Assembly: GCA_016840095.1 (NCBI GenBank)
Contig: JAEOSZ010000111.1
Coordinates: 64,001-128,000 of the forward strand
Direction: 5' to 3'
DNA: 64,000 bases
Source of the DNA: Candidatus Heimdallarchaeota archaeon
GTDB lineage: Archaea; Asgardarchaeota; Heimdallarchaeia; Heimdallarchaeales; Heimdallarchaeaceae
Shown: one piece after another, positions 38,427 to 48,968 of the stretch
Numbering within the stretch: the stretch's first letter is position 1
Layout of the letters: each line of letters opens with the position of its first letter
Position numbers and translations under genes: made by a program
Notes under the pieces: model-generated
Databases searched by the model: none
What the model saw: the letters and a program-made list of their open reading frames with translations, nothing else
Told to the model about the DNA's origin: nothing

Positions 38427-39581
38427 ATGAAATTTAAAACAATCATTCGCAAGTATCTCTTCCGTTTTTTAGTAATTGCCATTATGGTTGGAACTTTGTT
38501 ATATTTCTTCTTAACTTTAGATGTTAAGGGTTCATTTGTGCTCTATAAATCTGTAACAGTTTATCTTCTACTATTAGCTCTTCTTTTTATGATTATTAGT
38601 GCAATAGTCAAAGCTTATAGGTTTTACATATTAGTTAAACCTTCATCTCCTGATCTCAAATTTATCAAATTTCTATTACCTTATTTTGTTGGATATGGTT
38701 TTAGCGTTCTAGGACCTTTTAAAACTGGAGAAATAGCAAGTGTTGAGATAAACAAAAGATCACTAGATGTTCCTCGATCTTCTTCCTTGGCAGCTTTAGC
38801 ACTTTTCAGAATAGTAGATATGTTTGTTGTTCTGGTTTTTTTCATAGTTGCACTTGGTACAACTGTTCCTCAGATAATTACTAACATTGAACAAAAAAGT
38901 GCATTACTTCAAGCTCAGTCATCGGTTTATTACATAAAACAAAAAATCCCTATCTGGGAATTTTTATCTTCTGGTTTAACTGGAAATCTTCAGCTAGCAA
39001 TTCAAATTGTCTTTTACATAGCGATTATAGCAACAATAGTTCTTACTTTTATTTTGTTCTTTCCTCCAGTTGGGAGATTTGTGCTGAAAATTATTATCAA
39101 AGTCACTGGTAAAATATCACTTAAAGGTAAAATATGGTTGGAAACCAAAGTTGTCAAAGCTTTGGATGAGTATTATGATTCGCTTAAGCTTCTCTATACG
39201 AAGAAAATAATTGCTATTTTAGTTATTATTACAACTGTATTTAGATGGATAATAGAGTTTTATTCACTAAAATTCACACTCATGGCTTTTGGTGGAGATA
39301 TATCTTTAGTAAATTCTGCATCAGTAACATCAATTACACTACTAGTTGGTTTACTAACTTTCGTTCCAGCAGGTTTGGGAACTGGTACAGTAACTACTCA
39401 ATCTCTGTTCAAAGGACTGGATATCTCCTCAACAGTTGCTGGAGCTACAATAATATTTCAAACCCTTATTGGAACAGGTCTTACACTTTCGATTGCAGCA
39501 GTATCCTCCTTTTTCTTAAAGGAGAAAAAAGAGGAGATAAATGATGAAATAAGTGAAGTAATATCAGAAGAGAATGAGTAA
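38427..39581 (+). CDS. Lysylphosphatidylglycerol synthase TM / UPF0104 flippase-like membrane protein
   Basis: Multiple TM helices; P.K.GE, R..D and PAGLG motifs. Confidence 0.8.
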   Translation: MKFKTIIRKYLFRFLVIAIMVGTLLYFFLTLDVKGSFVLYKSVTVYLLLLALLFMIISAIVKAYRFYILVKPSSPDLKFIKFLLPYFVGYGFSVLGPFKTGEIASVEINKRSLDVPRSSSLAALALFRIVDMFVVLVFFIVALGTTVPQIITNIEQKSALLQAQSSVYYIKQKIPIWEFLSSGLTGNLQLAIQIVFYIAIIATIVLTFILFFPPVGRFVLKIIIKVTGKISLKGKIWLETKVVKALDEYYDSLKLLYTKKIIAILVIITTVFRWIIEFYSLKFTLMAFGGDISLVNSASVTSITLLVGLLTFVPAGLGTGTVTTQSLFKGLDISSTVAGATIIFQTLIGTGLTLSIAAVSSFFLKEKKEEINDEISEVISEENE

Positions 39582-39583
39582 AA

Positions 39584-40306
39584 CTAGATACCTTTTTTGA
39601 GACGATTAATCAAGAAATGATGAAAACCTAATTCTTCCATTTTCTTACATGTGAGATCAACATCGTATTCTAATCTTATGTGTTCATATTCAAATTCCTT
39701 GGTTTTTTCATTTATTTTGAATGTTAAGAAGGATGATTTTGGATTATTGTCTCTGGGTTGTCCAACTGATCCTGGATTTAAGAGATGCTTTCCCTCATTG
39801 ACTATATGAAGAGGTTTGTGAGTATGTCCTAAGAATAGAAAGTCAATTTCAGTAAACTCTCTTGTAATCTCAAAGAACATGTTGTACGACCATGATGGTA
39901 AATCAGGTGAAACATAATCCCTGAGAGGTCTTCGTGGGGATCCATGTACAAACATGGCATTTCCTTCAGATATGAACAAAGGAAAAATTGAGAAGAATGG
40001 ATGAGATCCTAGTAATTGTTTTTCTCTAGTAGAAAGTTGACTTTTTGTCCAAGAAAGAGAGATCTTTGGTAAAGGATTGAAATACTTGAAATTGTCTTTC
40101 CAAATAGCATAGTCATGATTTCCAACAACATGGATTTGAGCTAAATTTTCTACAATTTCTATGCATTCCTTTGGATTAGGACCATATCCTACTGTGTCTC
40201 CAAGATAGATAATAATATCAGGAGATAAATCTTTGATACTATCTGTTACAACGTTGAGTGCTTCTAGATTAGAATGCACATCTGAAAATATTACCAGATT
40301 AATCAT
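39584..40306 (-). CDS. Calcineurin-like metallophosphoesterase
   Basis: SDVHSN, LGDTVGYG, GNHD, HGSP, GHTH and NPGSVGQPRD motifs; start ATG at 40306. Confidence 0.92.
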   Translation of the reverse strand: MINLVIFSDVHSNLEALNVVTDSIKDLSPDIIIYLGDTVGYGPNPKECIEIVENLAQIHVVGNHDYAIWKDNFKYFNPLPKISLSWTKSQLSTREKQLLGSHPFFSIFPLFISEGNAMFVHGSPRRPLRDYVSPDLPSWSYNMFFEITREFTEIDFLFLGHTHKPLHIVNEGKHLLNPGSVGQPRDNNPKSSFLTFKINEKTKEFEYEHIRLEYDVDLTCKKMEELGFHHFLINRLKKGI

Positions 40307-40388
40307 AGATTTATCAACTAAAGAATTAATAATCAAACCTAATAATAAGATTTTGTCAAAGAATATGAAATAAAAGAAAAAGAAGAGT

Positions 40389-42437
40389 TTATTCTTCTGG
40401 AACTGTTTTGAATCGTCTTGTAGCAATAGCTCCAACAACTGCAAGACCTACTGATGAGACGAATATTATCAAGGCAATGATGTTAAGAGTAATGCCCGAA
40501 TCTAAATCGATATCCATAAAAACTTCTACTAAGAAGGTTTCATTATATCCATAACCTCTTTTATGTATTCGAATAGAAACATCAATAAATTGAGTTTTGA
40601 TACTTGAATCTGGTAGAATAGCTCCTTCAAAGTTAATATTATCTCCAGTGTTATTCAGCTGTTCATTATTGATGTCTGATTTTAGTTCTTGGATAACAAC
40701 CCATGCCTGAACATCTGGAATGAAACTTCCTTCGTCACCTGTAATAGAAATACTAACTGAAACATTATCTCCTTCAACAATTGTTGTGTCTTCTATAATG
40801 AAGTTATCATAAGAAATTTGATGCTGTAGATCTAGTAGCCAATTCAACTGTCTTAAGAAAAGATACTTGTTATCAGCTCTAAGGATATTAGTTGTGTTAA
40901 ATATATCAGCTGAAGCAAAAGTTAGAATCTTTCCACCTCTTTGTAATTCTAATGCTGCCTGAATAGTTGCAGAACCATTTAACGAAATATCTTCTGTACT
41001 ATTGAAAACACCATCCTTTACTTTGTCAATATAAAATTCTCCAGTTTTGTTTATTGAAGCGTATAAATCTCCTTCTTGGAATTGATAATATCCTTCACCA
41101 AATAAAATGGTCCCAAGGGTTGCATTAAGGTCATCAAATTTAATTGCTGATCCTTGTACGTATTCAATCGAACTAACTGTTTGATTAGTAAATATATTGT
41201 CTTGAGTTATGTAAGGAAGATTGAGTATGTCATTTGTATCAAATTCTATAGTAGCGTTGATTCCCAAATCTGTTGAATAAAGTGTTTCATTAAATATTTG
41301 GAAACCAAAGTTACTAAGGAGAAAATTCAATTTACTTTCTTCATCAGCTGTATCACCTAAAACATAGAGGTTTCCACCAGAAGCAACAAAGAACCTGATA
41401 TCATCTATTTGATCTTCTGTTAAATCAGTATGTGATCCAACAAGGATAAGTACATCCAAATCTTTAATTCTTTCATAAGTTATATCATAACCTTCAGAAG
41501 CCTTCTTCAGAGTGTTATTAAGACCATAAGTGTTTATGATTGAATTCATTGATGTTAGATTTCTCTCATCTGTATTAGATGAATCAGAGATATATGTCAA
41601 AATGTTCAGTTTGCTTAAATCTTCTTCATACGAGAAGTAATCATGAACAGTTTCTAAATGGATTGTATTAAAAGCTGTTATTTCGTTAGTTATTTCCGTA
41701 TAATTAAAAGCTGCTGTATTGTTTTCATAAACAATGAAGAGATATCTTATAGTTTCTCCTTCTTTTAATGAAATATCTTTTCCATTTGTGTCTCCAGAAT
41801 CTAACTCTTTTGCAACTTCGAAAGAAACTTCATATCTATTGAAGTCATCAAGTTCTGTTGTTAAAGCCGAAATAGAATTTTCATATCCTGTCATATTAAT
41901 ATCTAGGACTAAAGAATCAGGTGTTGTGCCATTGAAATATGCATCTTGGGCTCCTTCAGCTCTATAATTAATCACAACGGCGTCATCTGATGCTTCATTG
42001 CTATAACCAATTCTGTCATCAAAATTTCTATCGAATAAAATGGAATACCATGTATGTGATTGGTTATTATAAGAATCACCAACTGGGATTGTTGTATTGA
42101 TAGGTATAAAAATTTCACTAACATAGCTAACTCCCATAAATAAATGAGTAGCATTTGATTGAACACGAATGGTTAGAGATATTCTGTTGCCACTTGGGCC
42201 AAAAGATGCATTGTGTATTGTAGCATTTTCCCACTCTCCAGCATAGCTTTCTAAAACTCCATCAATTACGGGTGGAGTGTTATTAAGTAGCACTATATTT
42301 TCTAGTGAAGGAAAGGCTGGGTTACTATTTTCATCAATTGCTGTAGTTGTAAATGATATACCTACAAAACTTGCTGTAACCAAACTTATGATGTATATAG
42401 ATACAAACAATAGTTTTCTAAGATTTTGTGTTCGCAC
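40389..42437 (-). CDS. Secreted, membrane-anchored glycoprotein (DOMON/CBM9-like plus GATase/GIFT-like domain)
   Basis: GTG start at 42437 after GAGGAG; signal peptide; PVIDG..EW; DVLILVG..FVASGGNLYVLG; C-terminal TM. Domain names are inferred. Confidence 0.65.
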   Translation of the reverse strand: MRTQNLRKLLFVSIYIISLVTASFVGISFTTTAIDENSNPAFPSLENIVLLNNTPPVIDGVLESYAGEWENATIHNASFGPSGNRISLTIRVQSNATHLFMGVSYVSEIFIPINTTIPVGDSYNNQSHTWYSILFDRNFDDRIGYSNEASDDAVVINYRAEGAQDAYFNGTTPDSLVLDINMTGYENSISALTTELDDFNRYEVSFEVAKELDSGDTNGKDISLKEGETIRYLFIVYENNTAAFNYTEITNEITAFNTIHLETVHDYFSYEEDLSKLNILTYISDSSNTDERNLTSMNSIINTYGLNNTLKKASEGYDITYERIKDLDVLILVGSHTDLTEDQIDDIRFFVASGGNLYVLGDTADEESKLNFLLSNFGFQIFNETLYSTDLGINATIEFDTNDILNLPYITQDNIFTNQTVSSIEYVQGSAIKFDDLNATLGTILFGEGYYQFQEGDLYASINKTGEFYIDKVKDGVFNSTEDISLNGSATIQAALELQRGGKILTFASADIFNTTNILRADNKYLFLRQLNWLLDLQHQISYDNFIIEDTTIVEGDNVSVSISITGDEGSFIPDVQAWVVIQELKSDINNEQLNNTGDNINFEGAILPDSSIKTQFIDVSIRIHKRGYGYNETFLVEVFMDIDLDSGITLNIIALIIFVSSVGLAVVGAIATRRFKTVPEE

Positions 42438-42620
42438 TTTGTGTCTACTCCTCAAAGGGTTTAATAAAGCGCTAGCATTTGCCTTTTTAAACTTTATTTC
42501 TGCAAAGAAGAAATGAACATCATTGTGATGCAACATTAGCAAAATACTTATTTGAAGGAGATACAACTGTATTATCGTAACTCAATTTGAAGTTGTGAGA
42601 AGTCTCCGGAGAAGAAAACC

Positions 42621-43844
42621 ATGACTGAATTAAGAGAAAAACTTCTAAAAGAAGAATTTCAAAAGCAAAAAAACATCAAAGGTTTTCCAGTTGAAGCACT
42701 TTTAGATGTTTCAAAAGATGAATCTAAATTTTTAGTAGAATTAGGACTACAAACGATTGAAGATCTAGCAAATAATTGGAATGAACACTATGAAAAAATG
42801 ATTAAGAAGATTCCAAAGGAAAGAGTCAATAGCTGGATAGCTGCTAGTCGATTATTATCTCTGGAGGAAACCGAAAAAGTTACAACAGGTGCAAAGATAA
42901 TTATGGTTGGAATTGATAATGCTGGAAAAACTTCTTTGTCCATAGCATTGAAGCATAGAGGTGCCTTATCATTATTATTCCAAAAATTATATGCTTTAAC
43001 ACCAACACGAGGATTACTAAGGAGTAAAATTGAAGTTTTTGGATTGGATGTTCATATGCATGAATTGGGTGGACAGAGTATATATCGTGAAGATTACTTA
43101 AACAATCCACAACAATATTTTATTGGCACAGATGTCATTATTTTTGTAATAGATGTTCAAGCTAAAGACAGATTTGAAGAGAGTTTTGAATATCTAAAAC
43201 AGATTACCAATGTCACAAATGCTTTGAAGCTTAAAGTTCCTTGGAAAATATTCTTTCACAAATCAGATCCTGATTATGAAATAGATGAGAAAAGTACAGA
43301 AGTGTTCAGCTCAATTATTGATTACATGTCTAATAACTGTCCTTTCTTCAATCCTGCAAAAGATTTCTTCAGAACAAGTGTGAAAATACGTTCATCGATT
43401 CTAGGTGCTTTCTCACACATCTTTAGAGAAATTTCACTGATTGAACAAGGCATTCAAGAAGCATCTCAGGAAGTTGCTCAACAACTAAATGCAGATTTCT
43501 TTGGTCTATATGATTCAAGAAGCAATGTTTGTTTTGCACAGTATAAAACAGATGAAAGATATATTGATATTGCTCATAATGCATATTATGAAGCCATTGA
43601 AACGATTGTGAATATTCGAGAGGCATTTTTACGAATACGTAGATATACCTTGGATGATGATATTAATGAGATATTCATTTTGAGAGATTTGCGGTTCGGT
43701 GGAGATATTTATATCATGGCAGTACTGACGCAAGATGAGGAAATGGCAAGAAATCTCGATCAGGATGCAGTACAAGAGATCATTGAAAATCAACTAAGAG
43801 ATTGGATTGAATTTAGAGGATACGCAGCTTTCCCCCTTGATTAA
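42621..43844 (+). CDS. Arf/Rag-like small GTPase with N-terminal HhH-like and C-terminal roadblock/longin-like domains
   Basis: GIDNAGKTS, PTRG, ELGGQ, HKSD and TSV motifs; N-terminal L..LGL.TIEDLA. Confidence 0.8.
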   Translation: MTELREKLLKEEFQKQKNIKGFPVEALLDVSKDESKFLVELGLQTIEDLANNWNEHYEKMIKKIPKERVNSWIAASRLLSLEETEKVTTGAKIIMVGIDNAGKTSLSIALKHRGALSLLFQKLYALTPTRGLLRSKIEVFGLDVHMHELGGQSIYREDYLNNPQQYFIGTDVIIFVIDVQAKDRFEESFEYLKQITNVTNALKLKVPWKIFFHKSDPDYEIDEKSTEVFSSIIDYMSNNCPFFNPAKDFFRTSVKIRSSILGAFSHIFREISLIEQGIQEASQEVAQQLNADFFGLYDSRSNVCFAQYKTDERYIDIAHNAYYEAIETIVNIREAFLRIRRYTLDDDINEIFILRDLRFGGDIYIMAVLTQDEEMARNLDQDAVQEIIENQLRDWIEFRGYAAFPLD

Positions 43845-43948
43845 ATTCAAACAATTTTTTGATTTCTTTTGCTAATTTCTTTAGATTATGCAAATGAAGT
43901 AAACAGTAATAGAATAGAAAACATATCAAATAAGAAAGTAACTAAAAT

Positions 43949-44040
43949 GCCCCGATAGCTCAGCCTGGCTTAGAGCGGTGATCTCGTAAATACTTCGAGA
44001 AAGTCGCAAGACGGGGGTTCAAATCCCCCTCAGGGCTCCA
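43949..44040 (+). tRNA. tRNA-Thr(CGT) with a 13-nt intron at 37/38 (43989..44001)
   Basis: GCCCCGA/TCAGGGC acceptor, U73 discriminator plus CCA, GTGAT-CTCGTA[aatacttcgagaa]A-GTCGC; CTCG/CGAG central helix of a relaxed bulge-helix-bulge motif. Confidence 0.88.
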
Positions 44041-44092
44041 TTAATTTCTTTTCTGCTTAAAGTTTAAATATATGCAAAAAATCTAATCTATA

Positions 44093-45019
44093 ATGACTTC
44101 ATACCTTTTTATTGTAAATCCAAATGCTAGAAATGGCGATATTGGAAAGATGTGGCCTAAAGTTGAAGAGGAAATCAAGAAACGAGGTTTAAATTATACA
44201 GTTGAAATGACAAATGAGCCAAGACATGCAATTGAAATAGCAAAATCAAGAGGAGAGGAATTTGATGTTGTTGTTGCTACTGGGGGAGATGGGACAGTAA
44301 ATGAAGTAGCTAATGGTTTGTATGGGCTGAATACAACTTTTGGGATCTTACCACTAGGAAATGGTAATGATTTTGCACTTGGTATAAAACTTGATGAGGA
44401 TTATCATAGGAGTTTAGATATCCTTGAACAAGGATTAACCTGCGATTTAACTGTTGGTTTAGCTAAAGCTGATGATGATGAAAGATACTTTGTTAATATT
44501 GTAGATACAGGTGTAGGAGCTACTGTTTCAGTTGCATCCTTCACAGAACTTAAGTGGTTAAGAGGATTTCTCAAATACTACATTCTTGCTTTTAAGAAGC
44601 TGTTTCAATATCGTTTGGTAGACACCGTGATGCAAATAGATGATCAAGAGGAATTTAAGTCAAAGCTTCTCATGATTGCTGTTGGTGCAGGAAGTAGATT
44701 TGGGGGAGGTTTTCACATATTACCTGAAAATTATCACTATCGGAAAGATTTTGGCATTCTACTTGCTGAGGATATTAGAAAATTAAGACAAATATACTTG
44801 CTTCAAATCCTGAAACCCGGAAAACACTTAGGTAAAAAAGGTGTTACCCATATAAGAGGAAGTAAAGTAACTCTTCAACTAGGAAGACCACTTCCAGTTG
44901 AAGTTGAAGGTGAAATTGTAAACTATGGTGCTACTAATGTTTCATTTGAAGTTGCACCTTTATCAATGAAAACAATTGTACCCCAAGAATTACTAGATTT
45001 ACAGAAAGCTGAACCATAG
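44093..45019 (+). CDS. Diacylglycerol/sphingosine kinase family lipid kinase (YegS/DgkB-like)
   Basis: IVNPNA, GGDGTVNEV, PLGNGNDFA and FGGG motifs. Confidence 0.92.
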   Translation: MTSYLFIVNPNARNGDIGKMWPKVEEEIKKRGLNYTVEMTNEPRHAIEIAKSRGEEFDVVVATGGDGTVNEVANGLYGLNTTFGILPLGNGNDFALGIKLDEDYHRSLDILEQGLTCDLTVGLAKADDDERYFVNIVDTGVGATVSVASFTELKWLRGFLKYYILAFKKLFQYRLVDTVMQIDDQEEFKSKLLMIAVGAGSRFGGGFHILPENYHYRKDFGILLAEDIRKLRQIYLLQILKPGKHLGKKGVTHIRGSKVTLQLGRPLPVEVEGEIVNYGATNVSFEVAPLSMKTIVPQELLDLQKAEP

Positions 45020-45073
45020 AAAAAGAGATAAGCCCATATCTCTATTATTTTCTTTAGTATACCATCATGAAGA

Positions 45074-45562
45074 GTGATTCAGATACTGGTGAGTTTCATG
45101 CATGTAGGATTCATAATTCAACCCTTATCTCCCACAGATACTTTGGATAAAGTCATTAGCATTTTAGATAAGGATAGAGAAATGTTCCCTAAAGAAGGTG
45201 TTCTTTTTTTTATAGAATCATACAATGAAACCTATGGAAGCCATATTACCAAACAAAACCAAATTACAGGACTCGATGAATGGTTTAAAGAATATCCTGT
45301 AAAACAAGGAGATATAATTATTCTATCTAAATATTCAGAAGGATACTATTTATCGTCAACATCTGAAATTGTAGAACAGCAACACCATTTCACGCTGGAA
45401 ATGGATAGAATTCTCTCAATGGAACCTGGAGATATTTTGTGCCCAAATTGTAGGTATAATCTTGAACATGCAGGAAGAACTTCAAGAAAAGATTCGTACA
45501 TCTTAAAGTGTGCAAGGTGTGGATTTGCATTAGTTAAAAAAAGTGATTACGATTTAGAATAA
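45074..45562 (+). CDS. Hypothetical protein with C-terminal Zn ribbon
   Basis: CPNC ... CARCG. Confidence 0.6.
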   Translation: MIQILVSFMHVGFIIQPLSPTDTLDKVISILDKDREMFPKEGVLFFIESYNETYGSHITKQNQITGLDEWFKEYPVKQGDIIILSKYSEGYYLSSTSEIVEQQHHFTLEMDRILSMEPGDILCPNCRYNLEHAGRTSRKDSYILKCARCGFALVKKSDYDLE

Positions 45563-45704
45563 TAGAAGAACCTACTGATTCTATGTTATTAGCAACTGTA
45601 ATGACAATTTAACCTAAGAATTCTGTAACTTTTTTTTTATAAAGTGTGCATGTGAAAATACCTATGTATTATGTGCCTTTTTGTGCTGATGTGATTTTAT
45701 TTGC

Positions 45705-46325
45705 ATGAAATTTATGCTACATAACATATGGATTGCTAAAGATACTGGTGAATGCCTATTTCATCGTAAGTACGGTAGCATAGATCATGATGAGAATCTT
45801 ATTACAAGTTTTCTTAGTGCTATTGAGATTTTTGCACAGAATGTTGATGAAGGGTGTGATCATCTACAAACTACTCGGTATAAGTTCATCTATACAACTT
45901 CTGATAAAACGGTAACCGTTGCTTGTGTTGATAATACCGATGATGATTGTATCATCAGGGATGAATTACAGAAAATTCAATCAGAGTTTCATAAACGTTT
46001 TGCAGATGAGTTGAAAGAGTGGAGAGGGAGAGTAGAACACTTTTCTCAAATGAGTGATTATGTAGATGCGCGACTTGAAAAGTACAGCACACCTGTTGCT
46101 AATTTAGTTTCTTCCAAATTAGAACTTAATCCTCAGATTATAAGCAGGGATGTTGGTAAGAAATTTAGCAGCCAACAACAAAAAGTAATTTCTCTGTTGA
46201 AGTATAAAGGATCTGCTACTCTAAATGACATTGTAAAACTGATGAAACTAAATGAGGAAGATGCTCAACAAGCTACAAATGATTTATTGTACAAAAACAT
46301 CATACGTCAAGTTCCAATATCTTAG
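45705..46325 (+). CDS. Longin-like domain fused to a winged HTH
   Basis: IWIAKDTGECLFHR..LITSFLSAI..FA (longin-like); C-terminal QQKVISLL..ATLNDI..L (wHTH). Confidence 0.65.
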   Translation: MKFMLHNIWIAKDTGECLFHRKYGSIDHDENLITSFLSAIEIFAQNVDEGCDHLQTTRYKFIYTTSDKTVTVACVDNTDDDCIIRDELQKIQSEFHKRFADELKEWRGRVEHFSQMSDYVDARLEKYSTPVANLVSSKLELNPQIISRDVGKKFSSQQQKVISLLKYKGSATLNDIVKLMKLNEEDAQQATNDLLYKNIIRQVPIS

Positions 46326-46379
46326 AAGTTTTCAAAAGACAAAGGTTTTAAAGTATTTTAAGTCAAAGCCATTGATAGT

Positions 46380-48908
46380 ATGTCTCTTATTGATTACTGG
46401 AATTTACTATGGGATTTAATTAAAAATGATCCCAATATTGGAATTGGTATTCTTATTGCTTTGTTAGGCTTAATATTTCTTATATCAGAAATTGTTACAA
46501 AAATAAGACATGGAACAACTTCAGAGAATCTGATGTTAGCATTTATTGCTCTAACTTTTGGCCTTGTTTTAATTTTTCTTAGCAACTGGTTAATAGCGAT
46601 AGCTTTGAGTCTATTTGTATTAGCTGTTTATCAAACATATATGCTTAGAGAATCACCTGTGTGGAGGGAACTAATGATAATTTCAGTAGTAACGTATTTC
46701 GTATTCTTAGTAGGAACAGTAGGAGACAAAGTGTGGCAACTTGTAACTGGTGAAAAAAATGAGTTATTTACAGGTTGGGCTTATAACTTAATGTTATATG
46801 TTTTCATAATTCTTGCACTAATATTCTTTGGAAAGAAATTCGTACTAGTTAGTCGTTTTATGTCTCCTCAAGTATTATACTTGACACTCTTTGCACTTGT
46901 TTATGTTGCTTTATATGGAGTTGGCAAGTTAATTCCAGGATTTGATAACCTTACATGGAATTATATTGGACTTACATCATTTTCATTGTCCAATTTCTTC
47001 ACAATTGGTGGTAGTTCTATTTCAGCAAGTGCAGGAAATCACCTGGGAGGTCTAGTTAAGACAGATTCCCCCTTAGTTCTAAGAACAATCTTTCTTTCTT
47101 TGGGACCTTGGGAAATGATTATTCTTCTTTCAATCTTAATGTATTTCATATCTGGTTGGCTTCTCACAGTACTACTGGGAATAAAACCAACTGATGATAA
47201 AAGAGTTCTGAAGGTTGTAGAAGAAGTAAGAATCCGTTTAGGAATAAAGAGAAAAATCAAGGTTGGTTTTGTTGAAGCCCCAATTTTAAATGCGATGGCC
47301 TATGGACCTTTGTTCGATCAAAGAATAGCACTCATTTCATCAAGCCTAGATGAGTTTAGTGATGATGATATTAGAGGAATTGTTGCACACGAATTAGCTC
47401 ATAACCAAAGAGGTCACATCATTTGGCTTCAATTGTTAGCTTGGATTGAGATGATTATTAAGAAAGCATTTTTACTACCTGCAACAACCTTAGACTATGC
47501 TGCAGTTAAAGGACTTATCCCATTTGGTTTGTATTTCCTGATTAGCTATGGAATTATTGCAGTTCTCTATATCTTTGTTAGAATCTTGGAGGGTGACGCT
47601 GATCTACAAACTAAAAAAGCAGGTTATGGTAGAGAGTTAGCTCAAGTTTTGTACAAACTTGAAGGCTTTTATCAAGGTGTTGCGGGTGATTTTGGAATAA
47701 ATGTTCAATTATTGACAGGCAAAGAATTTAGTCCTGAGGAGAAACAAAGGTTCCAAGGAGAAGCAGCAATGAGACTCTATAAACATCTTTACCGTCCTGG
47801 TAGATGGGATATGGTTGCAAATCTGTTTATGTCTCACCCACGAACAGCATACAGAATAGTAGCTGTTGTAAGTGATGATTATTCCCCAGTCAAAGGTGCA
47901 TTACTGCCCTTTTGGTTAGTTTTACCTAATTTCATTAGAGGAAATGCAATCAGAAAAATGAGCAAAAGAAGAGATGATTTCTCAAAATTAATTTCAGATA
48001 GATACAACGAATATCACGGAGAAGATGGTGTAAAATCATTTCTTGAAATTACGAGAATGCATGATTTAATCTCAATGCTCAAAGGTAGATATGTTGTTGC
48101 ATACGATAGAATTTTTGATGATTGTATAGAAGGTGAAGTTATAGATATTGAAATTAGTGATACTATAGTCAGACCTCTTCTTTTGAATATTCAAACAGAA
48201 AAAGAAGTTAAGAAAATTCTCTTTACAGATTATGTTATTCATGACGCTCAAAAAGAGGACAAATATATCTTGAAAAATGGTAAAATGGGTAAATTAGTCT
48301 CTTGGGATTTAGATGAAAAAAATCAAAGTCCAACATTTACTTTTCAAGAAATTTCCGACACTTCTAAAACTTTCAAGCGAGATTATACAGGAAAACCGAT
48401 ATCACATTTCACAGAATTGATAGGACAGGAAGTATTCAGCTATAATGATGGATTAGACAGGAAGGCAACTTTAACAGATATATCCTTTGAAAAGGATTTT
48501 GCTTCCTCTAAACTTACTCTTGAGACAGATGATAATGGTAAGATGAAAAAATTTGAGCTCACAGGGAGAGATGTTATTATTGACTTACCACCAGTATTAG
48601 TAAGACTTAATCCTGATAAAAAGGGTCATCAAACAGGTTTGATAGAGTCTATTGTAGATAAGTCAGTTATTCTTTATACAAAAGAGGAATTAGAAACTGG
48701 CATTGCGTGCTCTATAACAAGTGTAAGTGATGAAAAAATAACTTATAAAATAAAAGATAAAGAATCTGAAGTTGAAAGGAAGAAGGTTGATTATATCTAT
48801 ATTTATACAGATATTCCAAAGTTCATGATAAAGAAGCATATATCTTCTCTTGATAGGATTATGATGCGAATCTCAAATATTCGTGATATGAAGTATATTT
48901 TTGGATAA
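46380..48908 (+). CDS. Extended M48 (HtpX/Ste24-like) membrane zinc metalloprotease
   Basis: NAMAYG, HELAH, EGDAD and SHP motifs; many N-terminal TM helices; ~290-aa beta-rich C-terminal extension. Confidence 0.85.
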   Translation: MSLIDYWNLLWDLIKNDPNIGIGILIALLGLIFLISEIVTKIRHGTTSENLMLAFIALTFGLVLIFLSNWLIAIALSLFVLAVYQTYMLRESPVWRELMIISVVTYFVFLVGTVGDKVWQLVTGEKNELFTGWAYNLMLYVFIILALIFFGKKFVLVSRFMSPQVLYLTLFALVYVALYGVGKLIPGFDNLTWNYIGLTSFSLSNFFTIGGSSISASAGNHLGGLVKTDSPLVLRTIFLSLGPWEMIILLSILMYFISGWLLTVLLGIKPTDDKRVLKVVEEVRIRLGIKRKIKVGFVEAPILNAMAYGPLFDQRIALISSSLDEFSDDDIRGIVAHELAHNQRGHIIWLQLLAWIEMIIKKAFLLPATTLDYAAVKGLIPFGLYFLISYGIIAVLYIFVRILEGDADLQTKKAGYGRELAQVLYKLEGFYQGVAGDFGINVQLLTGKEFSPEEKQRFQGEAAMRLYKHLYRPGRWDMVANLFMSHPRTAYRIVAVVSDDYSPVKGALLPFWLVLPNFIRGNAIRKMSKRRDDFSKLISDRYNEYHGEDGVKSFLEITRMHDLISMLKGRYVVAYDRIFDDCIEGEVIDIEISDTIVRPLLLNIQTEKEVKKILFTDYVIHDAQKEDKYILKNGKMGKLVSWDLDEKNQSPTFTFQEISDTSKTFKRDYTGKPISHFTELIGQEVFSYNDGLDRKATLTDISFEKDFASSKLTLETDDNGKMKKFELTGRDVIIDLPPVLVRLNPDKKGHQTGLIESIVDKSVILYTKEELETGIACSITSVSDEKITYKIKDKESEVERKKVDYIYIYTDIPKFMIKKHISSLDRIMMRISNIRDMKYIFG

Positions 48909-48968
48909 GTTTCCACAAAATCCCACTTCTTTCAAATTTTTTTAATTTTCTAAATTAGTTTGTAGATT

